Origin: Octopus vulgaris
Taxonomy: Eukaryota
Direction of reading: 5' to 3'
Length of the DNA: 64,000 bases
Assembly (NCBI GenBank): GCA_951406725.2
Contig: OX597828.1
Coordinates: 1,984,001-2,048,000 of the forward strand
Part shown: one piece after another, positions 39,714 to 52,645 of the stretch
Numbering within the stretch: the stretch's first letter is position 1
Layout: every line of letters begins with the position of its first letter
The notes under the pieces: generated by a model
What the model was told of the DNA's origin: nothing
Databases searched by the model: none
What the model saw: only the letters and a program-made list of their open reading frames with translations
Made by a program: the position numbers and the translations under genes

Positions 39714-40092
39714 CGCAGGTGTGGCTTGTACTAAGAAGTTTTCTCCCCAGTTTTATTGCGTAGCATCTTAGACAAGTGTCCTCTAGTATAGCTTTGGGCC
39801 GACCAAAACTTTGTGAGTGGATTTGAAAGACGGAAACTGAAAGAAGCCCACCGTATGTCTATATGCATGTTTGTGTTCTTCTGCTTGTGTTTTTCTCCGA
39901 CTATCCCCGCTTAAAAACCGGTGTTAGTGTGTTTCCAACTCCGTAACTTAGCAGTATGACGTAAGGAACTGATAAAATAAGAAGCAGACTTGAAAAAATA
40001 AGCACTGGGTCGACTTGTTCGACCAATGTTTTTCAATTCGGTGCTCCAGAATGGCCGTAGTCTAATAACTGAAACAAGTAAAAGATAAAAGA
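39714..40092 (+). mobile_element. tRNA-derived SINE (OR-like), diverged
   Basis: Head GCAGGTGTGGC, core TTTGTGAGTGGATTTG..GACGGAAACTGAAAGAAGCCC, tail ACTGAAACAAGTAAAAGATAAAAG. Confidence 0.8.
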
Positions 40093-40562
40093 TTTATATA
40101 TATACGTATATATAGTTGCGGGGATTTGAGAAGATGGAGGTCAAGTAATCCTAAAAGAATCAGTTGCGTTGCCATTAACGTAATAATGAAGGACATCCAC
40201 TGTCTAAGGAAATATAATAAACCCAATTGAGAATAGGAAATAAAAGCCAAATTCATCCCAACCATATATGGTGTGTTAATTTCTTTACAAGATTTATTAA
40301 ATCTTTATATCTTTGGATGCATCTGCTCATATCGCTAAGTATAAAATAGCTGCTTTGAAGCAGTCTTGAAAGCCTTCGTTTAAATAAAAGTGGTTTATAG
40401 AATATTTTCATGATTAGAAAGTAATACTTCGAGATTATTTCAATATAAATAGATCGTGTAACTTCAAGACCAAACCTACATTTTCTGAAAAATGTAACGA
40501 CTGCAAAAATGTATATGATAAATCATAGATGAAATAAATCAAATGAATACGTCTTTTGATAT

Positions 40563-41760
40563 ATTCGGTTGTCTGGAAAGTGTGTGCCGATTTTTAAAGG
40601 AAAGAAAAAGGTCAATAAATACTTGTCATTACATTTTTAATCAACCAAATATGAACCATTTTGTTGCACAATGCGTCTCCATCCTTCCTTTAACTTGAAA
40701 ATATCCACTTCCCAGAATTGGGGTGGTTTCATGGCAAAGAATTCATCACCGTATCTTTTTACGTCATCCAAGGAATTGAAATGTTTACCATTTAGGCTAT
40801 TCTGCAGAGACCTGAATAAGTGGAAATCCGAAGGAGCAATATGTGGTGAATATGGAGGGTGGGGTAACACATCCCAGTCAAGCTGCAGAAATTTTTGTCT
40901 GGTTCCCAAAGAAACGTGCGGTCTTGTATTATCATGTTGGAAAACAACACCCTTCCTGTTGGCTAATTCTGGACGTTTCTCTTGAATTGCTGCTTTTAAC
41001 TCGTCCAGTTGTGTGCAGTATTTCTCAGAATTAATTGTCTGGTTACTTAGGAGAAGCTCATAGTACAGAATTCCTTTCCAATCCCACCAGACACAAAGCA
41101 AGACTTTTTTAGGGTGAAGACCCGCTTTTGGGGGTAGCTAAGTGTGGCTCATGTCACTTACTCTAGGATCGCTTTCTCTGAACATTTCGGTAGATAATCC
41201 ATTTCTCATCACCTGTCACAATGTGTTCCCCAAACATCGTAGCGATTTGTGTACCCAAGCTTTACCAGGTGCTCATGAACGACGGATTTTGATAGGTTGA
41301 GGCTTTCTGCTAATTCTCGTGTTGTGCAATGTGGGTTATTCTCAGTTAATGACTTGATTTGGCCATCATCTGTAGTGGATGGTCTGCCTGATCGCTCTTT
41401 ATCAATAATGCTACAATCTCCAGCTTGGAACCTTGCGAACCACTTCCGTAAAGTTATTTTGGATAAAGAAACATCACCATAAACTGTGCATATTTCTTTG
41501 GTTGCATGTGAGGCATTTTCCCCTTTACGGAAAAAGAAAAGCATCAAGTGCCGAAAATGAAATTTCTTGTCTTCCATTTTAAAGGGTTACAGAATCAACA
41601 CAGGTTATAGGAACATAAACCTTCTTCCATGAAAAGATAGCTTAAACCGTGTTCTAAATGGAGGTGTAGTCAAATCCTATTTTATGGACTCAACCATGTT
41701 CTAAAATAAGTCGAAATGTAAGCAAATAAAAATCGGCACGAACTTTCCGGACAACCCAAT
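40563..41760 (-). mobile_element. Near full-length mariner transposon with a disrupted transposase
   Basis: TIRs TTGGGTTGTCCGGAAAGTTCGTGCCGATTTT and an imperfect partner at 40563-40595. HTH ORF 41209-41577. Catalytic ORF 40637-41101 has VWWD, HDNTRPH and HPPYSPHIAPSDFHLF. Confidence 0.95.
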
Positions 41761-44700
41761 GTTTAACCATGCTTCTTTTCTTGATGTTTTGAACTGACTG
41801 ACCGAATAGAAAGTATGAAGACGTGGACAGTTTCATGTTACTTGTACTTTATTAGATTTTCTTGGTGCCAGCACCAGACTCACTCACTAGTTTTTTGAAG
41901 CATAAATATGTGTATATATCTGTAATTCACCATTCAGGATACTTGATGAAATAATAATAATAATAATAATAATAAGAGGACTGTACCGTACCTCAAGTGG
42001 CTTAGTAAATTTTGTACATTAATTTACATCTAGTTTTAGAAATATTTTACAATTATGTTATATTTTACTTTAAATATCTTTAATAGTGTAAAACATTCAG
42101 AAGATATACTGATTCAAGAAACTGATATTGAAATAATCTGGAAACATCAAGGAAAATAGATATTTTACAAATAGATATATTTATCTCGGTACAATCTCAA
42201 ATCAATAAATCAAGTAGTTCTGATTCCTCCGAAGTGTTCATGCATAATTACAAAGAAATGCGTTCATGTTGTTGGACGAAAACATTCTTTTTATAAAGTA
42301 GTTATTAGTACATACCCACCAAAATTAATTGCGTCACACGTTCCACGTTGATGATATTAAAATACTAAATAAAATCATAAATCAATTCAATATCAATGGC
42401 AATTGAACTGTGTCGAGTTAATGGAGAATACTAATGATAGCTTAGTGATTTCACCGAGATTATATTTTATATGCATACACGAAAAACGCAAACTCAGTGA
42501 CGTACAATATTTTAGATGCGCTCAGACCTTCACTCAGACACACGATATGATATATCCGAAAAGCTTACACCTTAACATGTTAATATAGAGTTGTATATTA
42601 AGATTTTCGAGCAGGTTGTTATTAATATAAAGTTTAAAACTTATAGTATGCAAATTAGTAGCTCCAGAGAATTGGAGCTACTGGATTTAATGTGTATAGA
42701 CAGGCTGGCTATTTGCTTGACTGGGATTTGTGAAGTGATATACACACTTCTAAATCGATTTTTGAATCTACGGAAAAAGTTGACATGACTGTATATCTAC
42801 TATATAGATTTACACACAAACACATATATATGTATATACAGAAGTTTAATATGCCCTGGGATTCGTTTAAATTTTTATTTTCTAACTTCTAAAGACTTAA
42901 GCAGTTTCAGAGATTTCGCTGATTTTCAAAAGTTGAGATTTTTGCGAAAAGAATTTTTGTGGATTCTCCGCTAAGTCTCCGCGTTAATATCACGTGACTA
43001 TATTTTTTGAGTACATACATATATCGTTAAATTGATATCATTGTTTGACGCCCATATCTTTGTGGATACTAATCCGAACGGATGTACTCAATATTATGGA
43101 TATAAAATAGAATGTTACCTCAACTCTACGTCTGTTGATAATCGTCTTTATTCTATACTGGTCGATGTGTTATCTCTATCTCATTTAAAATGAAAAGTAG
43201 TATAATAATATAAAGCGATATCAATAGCGTAGGCAATGAAGAAAGTAAATTACAGACCATAAGCATATAAACCTATGAAGACAACTTGATGGAGAAAACA
43301 GGAAAGCGTACTATGCAAACATTTATCTTTTTAAACATTTTTCGATGATTGAAATGTCTTAAATTTCACACCTCAGATCAGATTTTCGTATTGCCGGTAC
43401 ATAATGGACCCTCGACAAATGTACTGATTGAGAAAACAATTTTTTTTTTTTGCTTATAACATAAAGAATATATACGGAAAGCATTCCTAACAATCGGGAA
43501 ATATGTTATCGTTACAACACCTTATATATCAGCCGTATATCTTCCAGTTTTCCGACTACATTTTAAATACAACTGACTGTCATTTTGCGCCAGTTAACTG
43601 AAATATATGACGCAAAATTAAGAACTGGCTACAGGCGCCATTGTTTCTGAATAGAGCGGAATCTTGATGATTTCAGAAACGACTTCTAAAAGTCATGAGG
43701 TATAGCGATAAAAGTACCTGGTTTTCATTTATATGGAACCTTAGTAAAATTGTTATTGGTAGAGGAACATCAACTTGCTGCTGAATATTTCCTCTGTAAT
43801 CTAGAAAAGGCTGAAGTGTTCCTGCTGGCAAGAGTGTTGAGGGTACAGAAAATTGACTAGGAAACCCTACCATTAGTTATTTCTAGTTATCGAAAATACT
43901 TTTAAATTAGTTTACGTTAAAACATACAAATTATACTTAATAGATGTTGTTTGCATGGTTTTCTTTGCATTTTTGTATTTCCCTCTTACATATTTTTCCA
44001 AATGTTAGATATTTTCATTATTTCGTGTAATTATATAATAGTTTTAATTACCGATATTATATTCGCAATGTAACATAAAAAGTGGTCCATGCATAACGGA
44101 AGAAATTTGTCTAAAAATATTTTATTAATTTTCTCAATATTTTCTTTTTCTGATAAATTGTCCGCTACAAATTCCTATAAACATCTGATATTTTGCCAAC
44201 TCGCTATCCCGAGCTATGGATATAGCATAATAAATGGTTGATTGCCTAGTAAAATTGTAGTAGTAACCCAGACAAGAGCAGGAACCAGCTTTGAATTGCA
44301 TATAATTGTGTATGTGCATCGACATAAATGTATGTACTCATATTTACATTCTTATGTACATAACACTGCGTATTTATATTCACACTCAAAAATATAATGA
44401 TAGACTGATGATAGACTGACGAATGTATTTAACACACAAACACAGGGAGAAATAGATAGATAAAGAAATCGACCGATAGATAGATAGATAAAAATGTGAG
44501 GGAAAAGAGGAAGAAAGAAAGATAAACATGAATTTAGGAAGTTGTAAAATAAAGTTACTAAGACGATTGTAGCATAAATTTATTGATTGCCTAAGATCAT
44601 CAGCCTTGTTCTAAAGGAAAATCAGCAACTATACAGAAATGTAACAGGCCCAATGCCCAATTGCCGCAAGATATGTGAGCATATTTGTCTAATACATAAT

Positions 44701-45592
44701 AGCACAATAGTTGAATTATTGCAACAACGGCCTAAATCAATTACTATATCGTTTCTTACTAAGACATAGTGCCCTGTAGGATCTTTGCAAGATATTCCTT
44801 TAGTAAAATTTAGATTTATAACCAGTCATCTATGCACTGTATATCAGATATAACGCAAGAAGGTTAAAAGTCATTAAGTAACCTAATTTGGTCCGTACGA
44901 AAATGAATTCACATGAGCGTTAATGGATTCACTAGATGTATCTGAACTGCTTTCAATCACGAACAGAAGCATGCATTTTATTCTCCGAAAGTAAAAATAT
45001 TTCGTATCAGAAGGAAGTAAACCGGACAAAGAATTTTAGTATTCAATATTCATTAACGCATTTCAGTGAATGGGATGCAACTTCTAAAATGAGGTTTAAA
45101 TAACAACGGGGAAAGTCCTACATCAATGCATATTTTGTCTTTATTGATTTGGCTTCTCTTAAGTGTGGCTTTGGCGATGTTGAGATCGTATTGGACAACA
45201 GATTATAGAGTTTCACAAATAATATAAATGAAGGAGCACCAATAGCAAAAGGATATGGTTGTCAGAATACACACTATGCCTATTGGTTACTGGGTGAATC
45301 TGGATTTAATCACGCAGCAAGTTTATGGGAAAGTATGAATAAGATGGTGCGTAGATCGTTATTGTAGTAGATTACCAAATTATGAAACTCGTTGAAAATT
45401 ATGTTTTCAAAACGCAAGTTCACCTTGCTTTGTTTCACGTTTCAGAAAAACTTACCTAATGTTGAAGAGTAACGAATCAGAAACTAGTATAGAGGTCACT
45501 GCGACAGATGTTTAGCAGACTGCTTCCCAACAAATTTGGTCAGACAACACACACTCAGCTAAGCCGTATATTTTATATTTTATATTTTACCT

Positions 45593-45741
45593 GGGGCACT
45601 GCTTTGAATTTTTAGTCGTATGAATCGACCCCAAATCTTACTTTTTAAGTCTAGTACTTATTCTATCAGTCACTTTAGCCGAACAGCTAAGTTACGGGAA
45701 CGCAAACACACAACACGGGTTGTCAAGCGGTAGTGGGCTGA

Positions 45742-45805
<64 letters not shown>

Positions 45806-45889
45806 GTACAGGCTTCTTTCAAGTTTCCGTCTACTAAATCCACTCACAAGACTTTGTTATCCAAGGTGCCACGCATTGGGACTGAATCC
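45593..45889 (-). mobile_element. SINE (OR-like) body; its head lies at 47886-47904
   Basis: Matches 12468-12862. The head is separated by the LINE insertion at 45905-47870. Confidence 0.85.
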
Positions 45890-45904
45890 GGAACCAAGCT
45901 TCTT

Positions 45905-47870
45905 TATTTTATTAAATTTTCCATAAAGGCAGTACATAGAGTAAGGAAGCTTGCGGGTGGATACGGACATTAATGAGGTGAATGATGATGATACAAGGAT
46001 GATAAGGATGGGAGAAGACTTTTGCTTCTCTAAAACATTGTTCTTTTAAGGTATCACACCGAGGCAATAAACCTCTTACACAATTCCAAGAAAAACACAT
46101 TAACGAGGCAATAAACATCTTACATTTTTGCAGTACAAAAATCCTTTTGAGGCAATACACGTCTTACACAAGAATACAGTTATTTGCTTTTCTGTCCGAC
46201 CAGGCTCCTCGCTTCTTCAAGGCATCTAGACGGTTCCAAGTCGGACCACTTTGTCATGTATCTAAAGGAGTCAGCTGGGAAGGAATTCATTACCCTGCAC
46301 AGATCGGTTTCCCATATGACCTCCGCAGCCACTTGCGAAGGCCACTCAGGGTTCTCCGTGTAGGACAGAAGCCCCTCCCATCGTCCTTTCCTTTTAAACT
46401 TCCTAACAAAGTTCTGCAATGTCCCTCCCTTATGGAAGAGGACCACAAATTGCTCCTCCAGTGGCACTCCCACCGAAGGAGCATCGTGACACGCCGGCAG
46501 TGTGTCACAAACCGCCAGCAATGTCCCGTGTTCCTCTGCTTTGTCCAGCAGGTTCTCCCTTCCTCCCGCAGTCTTCGGATCCTTCGGTGGGCACCTTTTA
46601 TATTTTTCCTTTTTTCGAAGAGGTTTCCACCTCCTCGACTTCCTCCTTCTCTCCCTCCAATGAAGGAGCAGGGAGTGTTACTTCTATTAACTGCTCCAGA
46701 ACCCTATTTTGGTCCTTGGGGCAGTTCTTGATATGACCGGTTTCCAGGCACAGGTGACACTTGGGAGGGGGACGTCCCTCAAGCATCACTGGATACCTAG
46801 ACCCGGCCATCCTTAAAAGAAATCTGGAAAAACCAGATTTTTGGCTGACCATAGGGTCAAAACAGCTTTTGACTCCTCCCAATCAGCCGCAGGCAAAATT
46901 TTTACATTGGGTAGCTTGGTACTGCTACCACCTAGACCCCGGCGGATAGAATCCTCTATCCACTCGGGCTCAATTCCGAGTGTCAAATCGTAGACCCAAG
47001 CCCTCGTCAACTTCTTCCCACAATAAGTGGGAAGGAACAGAATTTCACTGCACTCCAGGAGCTGGCTTGCGAATTCGCAAGATTCTCCGGGGGAGTCAAA
47101 AAGCAACCACACCGTTGCATATTTGACCCCCCGTGAGATATATTTAATAGTTGGCATATAGTCTGCCAGCTCTTTTACAATTATGTTTTTTCGGGAAGAC
47201 GGCTATGGTGTCGAGGGACTTGGAATAAGTCCTTAACACTACCGTCTTCCTTTCAAACACCTGAAGTCATATTTTGGGAGGAGTGAACTCCCATTCGACA
47301 AATTTGTTCTTTGCTATTTCAGCATAAAAGTTCCAAATAAAGTCCACTAATTTTTTTAAATAATAGAGAAAAAAAATACAAAAAGGAAGACTTAACAGAA
47401 GGGAAGAAAAAAATAATAAACAGTTCAATACAGTTTTTTTCCAAATAAACGATAGACGAAGAGAACGAGAGTTTAAAACACAGCAAGGAAAAAATATTTT
47501 TCGGCCGTACGGTACTCCTGGCCTTCGTAGTATAATCCCTTGTATAATTCCTTGAAGTTATGTTTTCGAAAGACTTCCACGCAGGCAAATAACACAGTTC
47601 TTGAAAATAATTGAGAATAATTAAATTCTCAAATTGAATTAATTTGGAGGCGAAACACACCTCCAGACAGCAGTTCTCACAATTATGAGAAAAACACACG
47701 TCTCTACCGCAGGCAGACCAAAAGCTCCGAATCCAGTGAGGATTCCTTGCTCGCACAAAAAATAAACCTTACCAACAACGAATCCCACTGGACTCAAAAA
47801 GCAAAAAAGTCTTACCTTACAGTAGAGCGTTTTTCAATGGTGTCAAGAAGAGAACAAAACAACCGGAATC
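45905..47870 (-). mobile_element. L1/Tx1-like non-LTR element, internally deleted (ORF1 joined to ORF2 3' end)
   Basis: Gag-like ORF1 pieces with the zinc knuckle PPKCHLCLETGHIKNCP (46598-46882). ORF2 C-terminal remnant AVCDTL..C..C. A-rich tail at ~45905-45915. 15-bp TSD GGAA(C/G)CAAGCTTCTT. Confidence 0.75.
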
Positions 47871-50806
47871 GGAAGCAAGCTTCTTACCTCACAACCACGC
47901 CTGCCGTTTACGTAATTTTCATAGACTACAGAGAAATATTTACCAAGACGAAAATTCGGTGCTAATGAATTTGGAATTTATAGAAAGGGTTTAACCGGGA
48001 TGTGTAATCTGATCAATGGCCATAATTAGTAGATATTCGTTTAGTAAGTACATATTAAGCACACTCATTTGCTTGATATAACAATTCTCTTTCGTCAGAA
48101 ATATATATGTTAGTTCTGTATGAGGGATAGAACAGATCTCTACGATTTCTGCTTTCAGTAAAACAACATCTCCTTGAATATATACGAAGATTAATTTGAT
48201 AGAATTTCTGGCCTGCCGATTACATGCCGGCTGTGGCTATTTTTACCTTTTAAGAAGATACATTTTACTTATCCAACTGATTCGACAAATGTGAAGAGTC
48301 TTAAGCAAGGTGTGAACATAGCATTGTGTAATAAGAAACCCTACTGGTCTTCGCATGTTGTTGCCGCTTATAGAAATTTAATGCTGTACTTGACCTTGAG
48401 CATTCTGTTTTCTTCTTGGCAGTACATTGGTTGATTTCACAAATTTTGTGAAGGGATTTTATAGATAAGAGTAAAAGGCTATTTTCTTCTTATAATATAC
48501 TATTTGATGATGCATTTGTTCAAATTAAAGTTTCAGTTCTTGAAGAGATTATTGGATGGTGGAAGTATCTACCTTCATGAAGTATGCCTTCCAATATCAT
48601 CTCTCTTTCGTCTTCTTCGAGTCGTATAGCATCAAAACCAAACTGTTTAAAGATCATTGGTATTCTAAAAGATACACATTGCTTTCTGTCAACTCCACAG
48701 CACGTTCAAGTTGCTTTAGGTTTGTAAGCAAGAGCTTACAAACAGCAAATCGGGGAGACTTTTCCATTGATGATTATAAATAACTTCCAGCATTTCTAAA
48801 CCTTACTAAGGTACCACAGTGCCCTAACGTTTCTTGAAAATATATACTTCGAGTACAACTAATAGCATGTTTCCTAAAAACAAATGGTTCTTAGGAAAAC
48901 GTTTATTCATCACAGATCCTTAGATTTTACTCTTATTTCGTAAATTATCTTAACTATTCATTTAAAAGTATTTTACTACAAAGTGGTTATTTAAAACATT
49001 TAATAAGGACACATGGTGAAAATGAAGTCTCACGTTTTCATTTCTTCTTACCTTTGAAACTAATACATTTAGTTGAATAAAGTGTTTTTTTTTGTATATT
49101 TAATGGAATTATGAGTATTTTAAATATTTCTAATTTATACAAATGATTTATAGTAATACATCACAATACATACTTTTTTAACCAGTAACGAAGTGAATGT
49201 TCACTTGATTCCCGATTACATTTTAATTTCGAAATTTTCTGCCATTTATTCCCACCCCACCTCCGATTACAACTAATCAGTTCAAATTCATATAAAAGTA
49301 TAACTTCAGGTCTTAGAATTGCTGTGTCTTGATTCTACAGATTTTTGTATTTTTTAAAGATACATTTTGTATTTTTACTGTTGTATTTTGCATTTTTACT
49401 GTGTGGTTTAGACATTATTGATTTTTATTGATTTCAATCCGTGTTCATTTAACACTATTCCCGTCTAAAAAGATAACGCTCATATTAGCGAGAAAAAGCA
49501 AAATTCAACGCTAAAATACTTGAGAAGATTTACATCTTACAAATGTGGGGAAGAATCAAATAAGTTCCAAATGAAATAATACAACAATTGAAAAAGAGTA
49601 CGATATCTAATCATTAAAAAATGTATGACCATTTTCAAGAATACCATTTTCTCTATGAAATAACAATTTTGCTTTGTAATGTTAATTTACCGAGTGGGAT
49701 TTTAAAGCAAACAGCCAAAATATTAAAGATAATTCATTTCGTCCGTTTATATATTCAGTATAATTGTTTTTTGTTTTCTAAACAATTGAATTTTATTTTA
49801 GATAACATGACAAAGATATCATAAGCATATTAAATCCGATTAAAGTATCTTTTTAAAAAAGAGACGTATCCTCATAATCTTAGCTGTGTGAACGATAAAC
49901 GATAATATTACATCACTTAACACGGGTTTCTTCAGTCAAGTCTAACAAAATTTGGTTAATTCTTTTACTAGTAATATTATTACGTATAAAAACTTCCCTT
50001 ATTACCATTATGTAAATCTTGGAATCATAATTTCTTATTGCCCAGTCATCGTAGAATAAGAGTTAAAATCCCAGGAACTGAGTCACCGGTATAATAGGTT
50101 TTAATTCTGCATATGTCCTACTGCTAGACAAAACCTAACAGCTACGACATGTAATTAATATATATCCGTAATAGTAACTAATTAACAACTAATTAAAGAC
50201 AAGTATACATTGCGACTCTCATAGAAGCACTAAAAACAACTGAACACTCTTGCAGTTAATGAGACAGTTGCAACACTGATTGAAGCAACTGTACTACTAG
50301 CAATAAATGTAAGTAGATCTGCAAACACAGTAAATACCTACAACAAGGATTGAAGAATTTGACGTAAACTGCAATTAACAGAATCAAGCCTCAAACTTCC
50401 GAGACTTTTTATTTTTTTCAATTTTTTAATACTTGTAATTTGTAAACAATACCGTTGTTAGTTACGAATATTCCTTTCCAACTGGCCAATCTATGCTTTA
50501 CTGCATTTCTGAGAGTTTAAATATCAGGGGAGAATTACCATTACTGATTTGTAACGGCGGCGAAGAGAATGCACATATATACATACATACTTACAAACAT
50601 ACGCTCACACATATACACACGCGCACATACGCATATCTAGAGAGAGAGTACAACATGATTAAATCTTCTTCGATTTTGTAGAAAATGCTACAGACTATAG
50701 CCCACATTTTGAAACGAATAACGTAGGCTATGCCATTTCAGCCAGTTAGGTGTAAACTGTAGCCTATAGCATGAAAGATAATATATGCACACATACATTC
50801 CGCTTT

Positions 50807-51084
<278 letters not shown>

Positions 51085-51089
51085 TAAAA

Positions 51090-52645
51090 CTTATCAATAG
51101 CCTGGATAGACTATAAGAAGGCTTTTGATAGCCTACCACATAGGCTGGATTAAGAAATGCCTGGAAATGTATAAAATAGCACCTACTATGCGAAACATTT
51201 TGTCTGTAAGTATGAGATCATGGAGAACCACACTAACTTTGAACAGTGACAATGAATCTCTAAATGCTGGTGATGTAAAAATTTTATGTGGCATTTTCCA
51301 GGGTGACTCACTATCACCACTCCTTTTTTGTTTAACCTTAATACCTCTCTCAAAATTGCTCAATGACGCGCAGTACGGATATAAAATGTTTGATAAAAAT
51401 ATAAATCATCTCATTTACATGGATGATTTAAAGCTCTTTGCAAAAAATGACCAACAACTCAAGGGCTTACCAGCGATTGTCAAACAATTCAGTGATGACA
51501 TCAGAATGCAATTTGGCCTCGATAAATGTGCGAAAGCTACCTTTATCAAAGGAAAAATGACAGAAACATCTAACGTTAACCTTGACCAGCAGAATGTCAT
51601 AAAAAAATTAGACCCAGCAGAGAGCTATAAGTACCTATGGGTAATTGAAGGGGACGGAATAAGGCGTTCAGTGATGAAGGAAAGGATCAGGAGAGAATGT
51701 TATCGCAGAGTAAGAGCAATACTCAAAACAGAGCTGAATGCGAGAAACAGAATCGAAGCGATCAATGCTTTAGCCATACCAGTCGTGACTTACAGTTTCA
51801 ATATCGTTAACTGGTCAATTACTGAAATATGTAATCTTGACAGAAAAATACGAAAACTATTGACAATGCATAGAATGCACCACCCTAAGGCAGATACAGA
51901 ACGACTTTATCTGCCAAGAAAAGAGGGAGGCCGTGGACTTTTACAACTGGCAATAACAATGAAGATTGCTACAATTGGCCTAGACACCTACCTGAAAAAC
52001 TCTGAGGATTGGATGTTAAAACTTGTCTCAAAACATGAAAACAAGTAAGCATCATACTCAGTAACAAAACAGGCAAAGAAATATCTAAGTGAATTCCGAA
52101 TACAACAAATTTCGGAATTAGACATACAAGAAACAAGCAGAGAAAAAGCTAAGCGCTTGAAAACCCGTGCTAAAACTGCGGCCTTAGATATTCTGAATGA
52201 TAAATGGCAAGAAAAACCTCTCAATGGCAAATACCCAAAGAGAGCGAATAATGCAGATGTTGACAAAGCCCTGACCCATCAATGGCTAATGGCCTCTGGC
52301 TTAAAATCTGAAACAGAAGGGTTTATCATAGCAATTCAAGATGAATGCCTACCAACAAGAAACTACCAGGCTAACATATTAAAGAACGGTAGTAGCCCAA
52401 CATGTCGTGTATATCAACAACAAAATGAAACCATTGATCATGTTGTCTCCAAGTGCAGCCTTCTAGCGCCTACAAAGTATCTCAACAGGCATGATAGAGC
52501 TGCACAATATATTCACTGGGCAATTTGCAAAAACCTGGATTTGCCTCATGAAAAAAACTGGTGGGAACACAAACCACCTCCAGTGCTTGAAAATGACCAC
52601 ATCTCACTCCTCTGGAACTTCACCATTCAAACTGACAGAAAGATA
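51090..52645 (+). mobile_element. R4/Dong-like non-LTR retrotransposon, copy 1 (truncated at both ends)
   Basis: AWIDYKKAFDSLPH, GIFQGDSLSPLLF, HLIYMDDLKL, RLYLPRKEGGRGL, ETIDHVVSKC, RHDR. One in-frame stop at 52046-52048. Confidence 0.93.
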
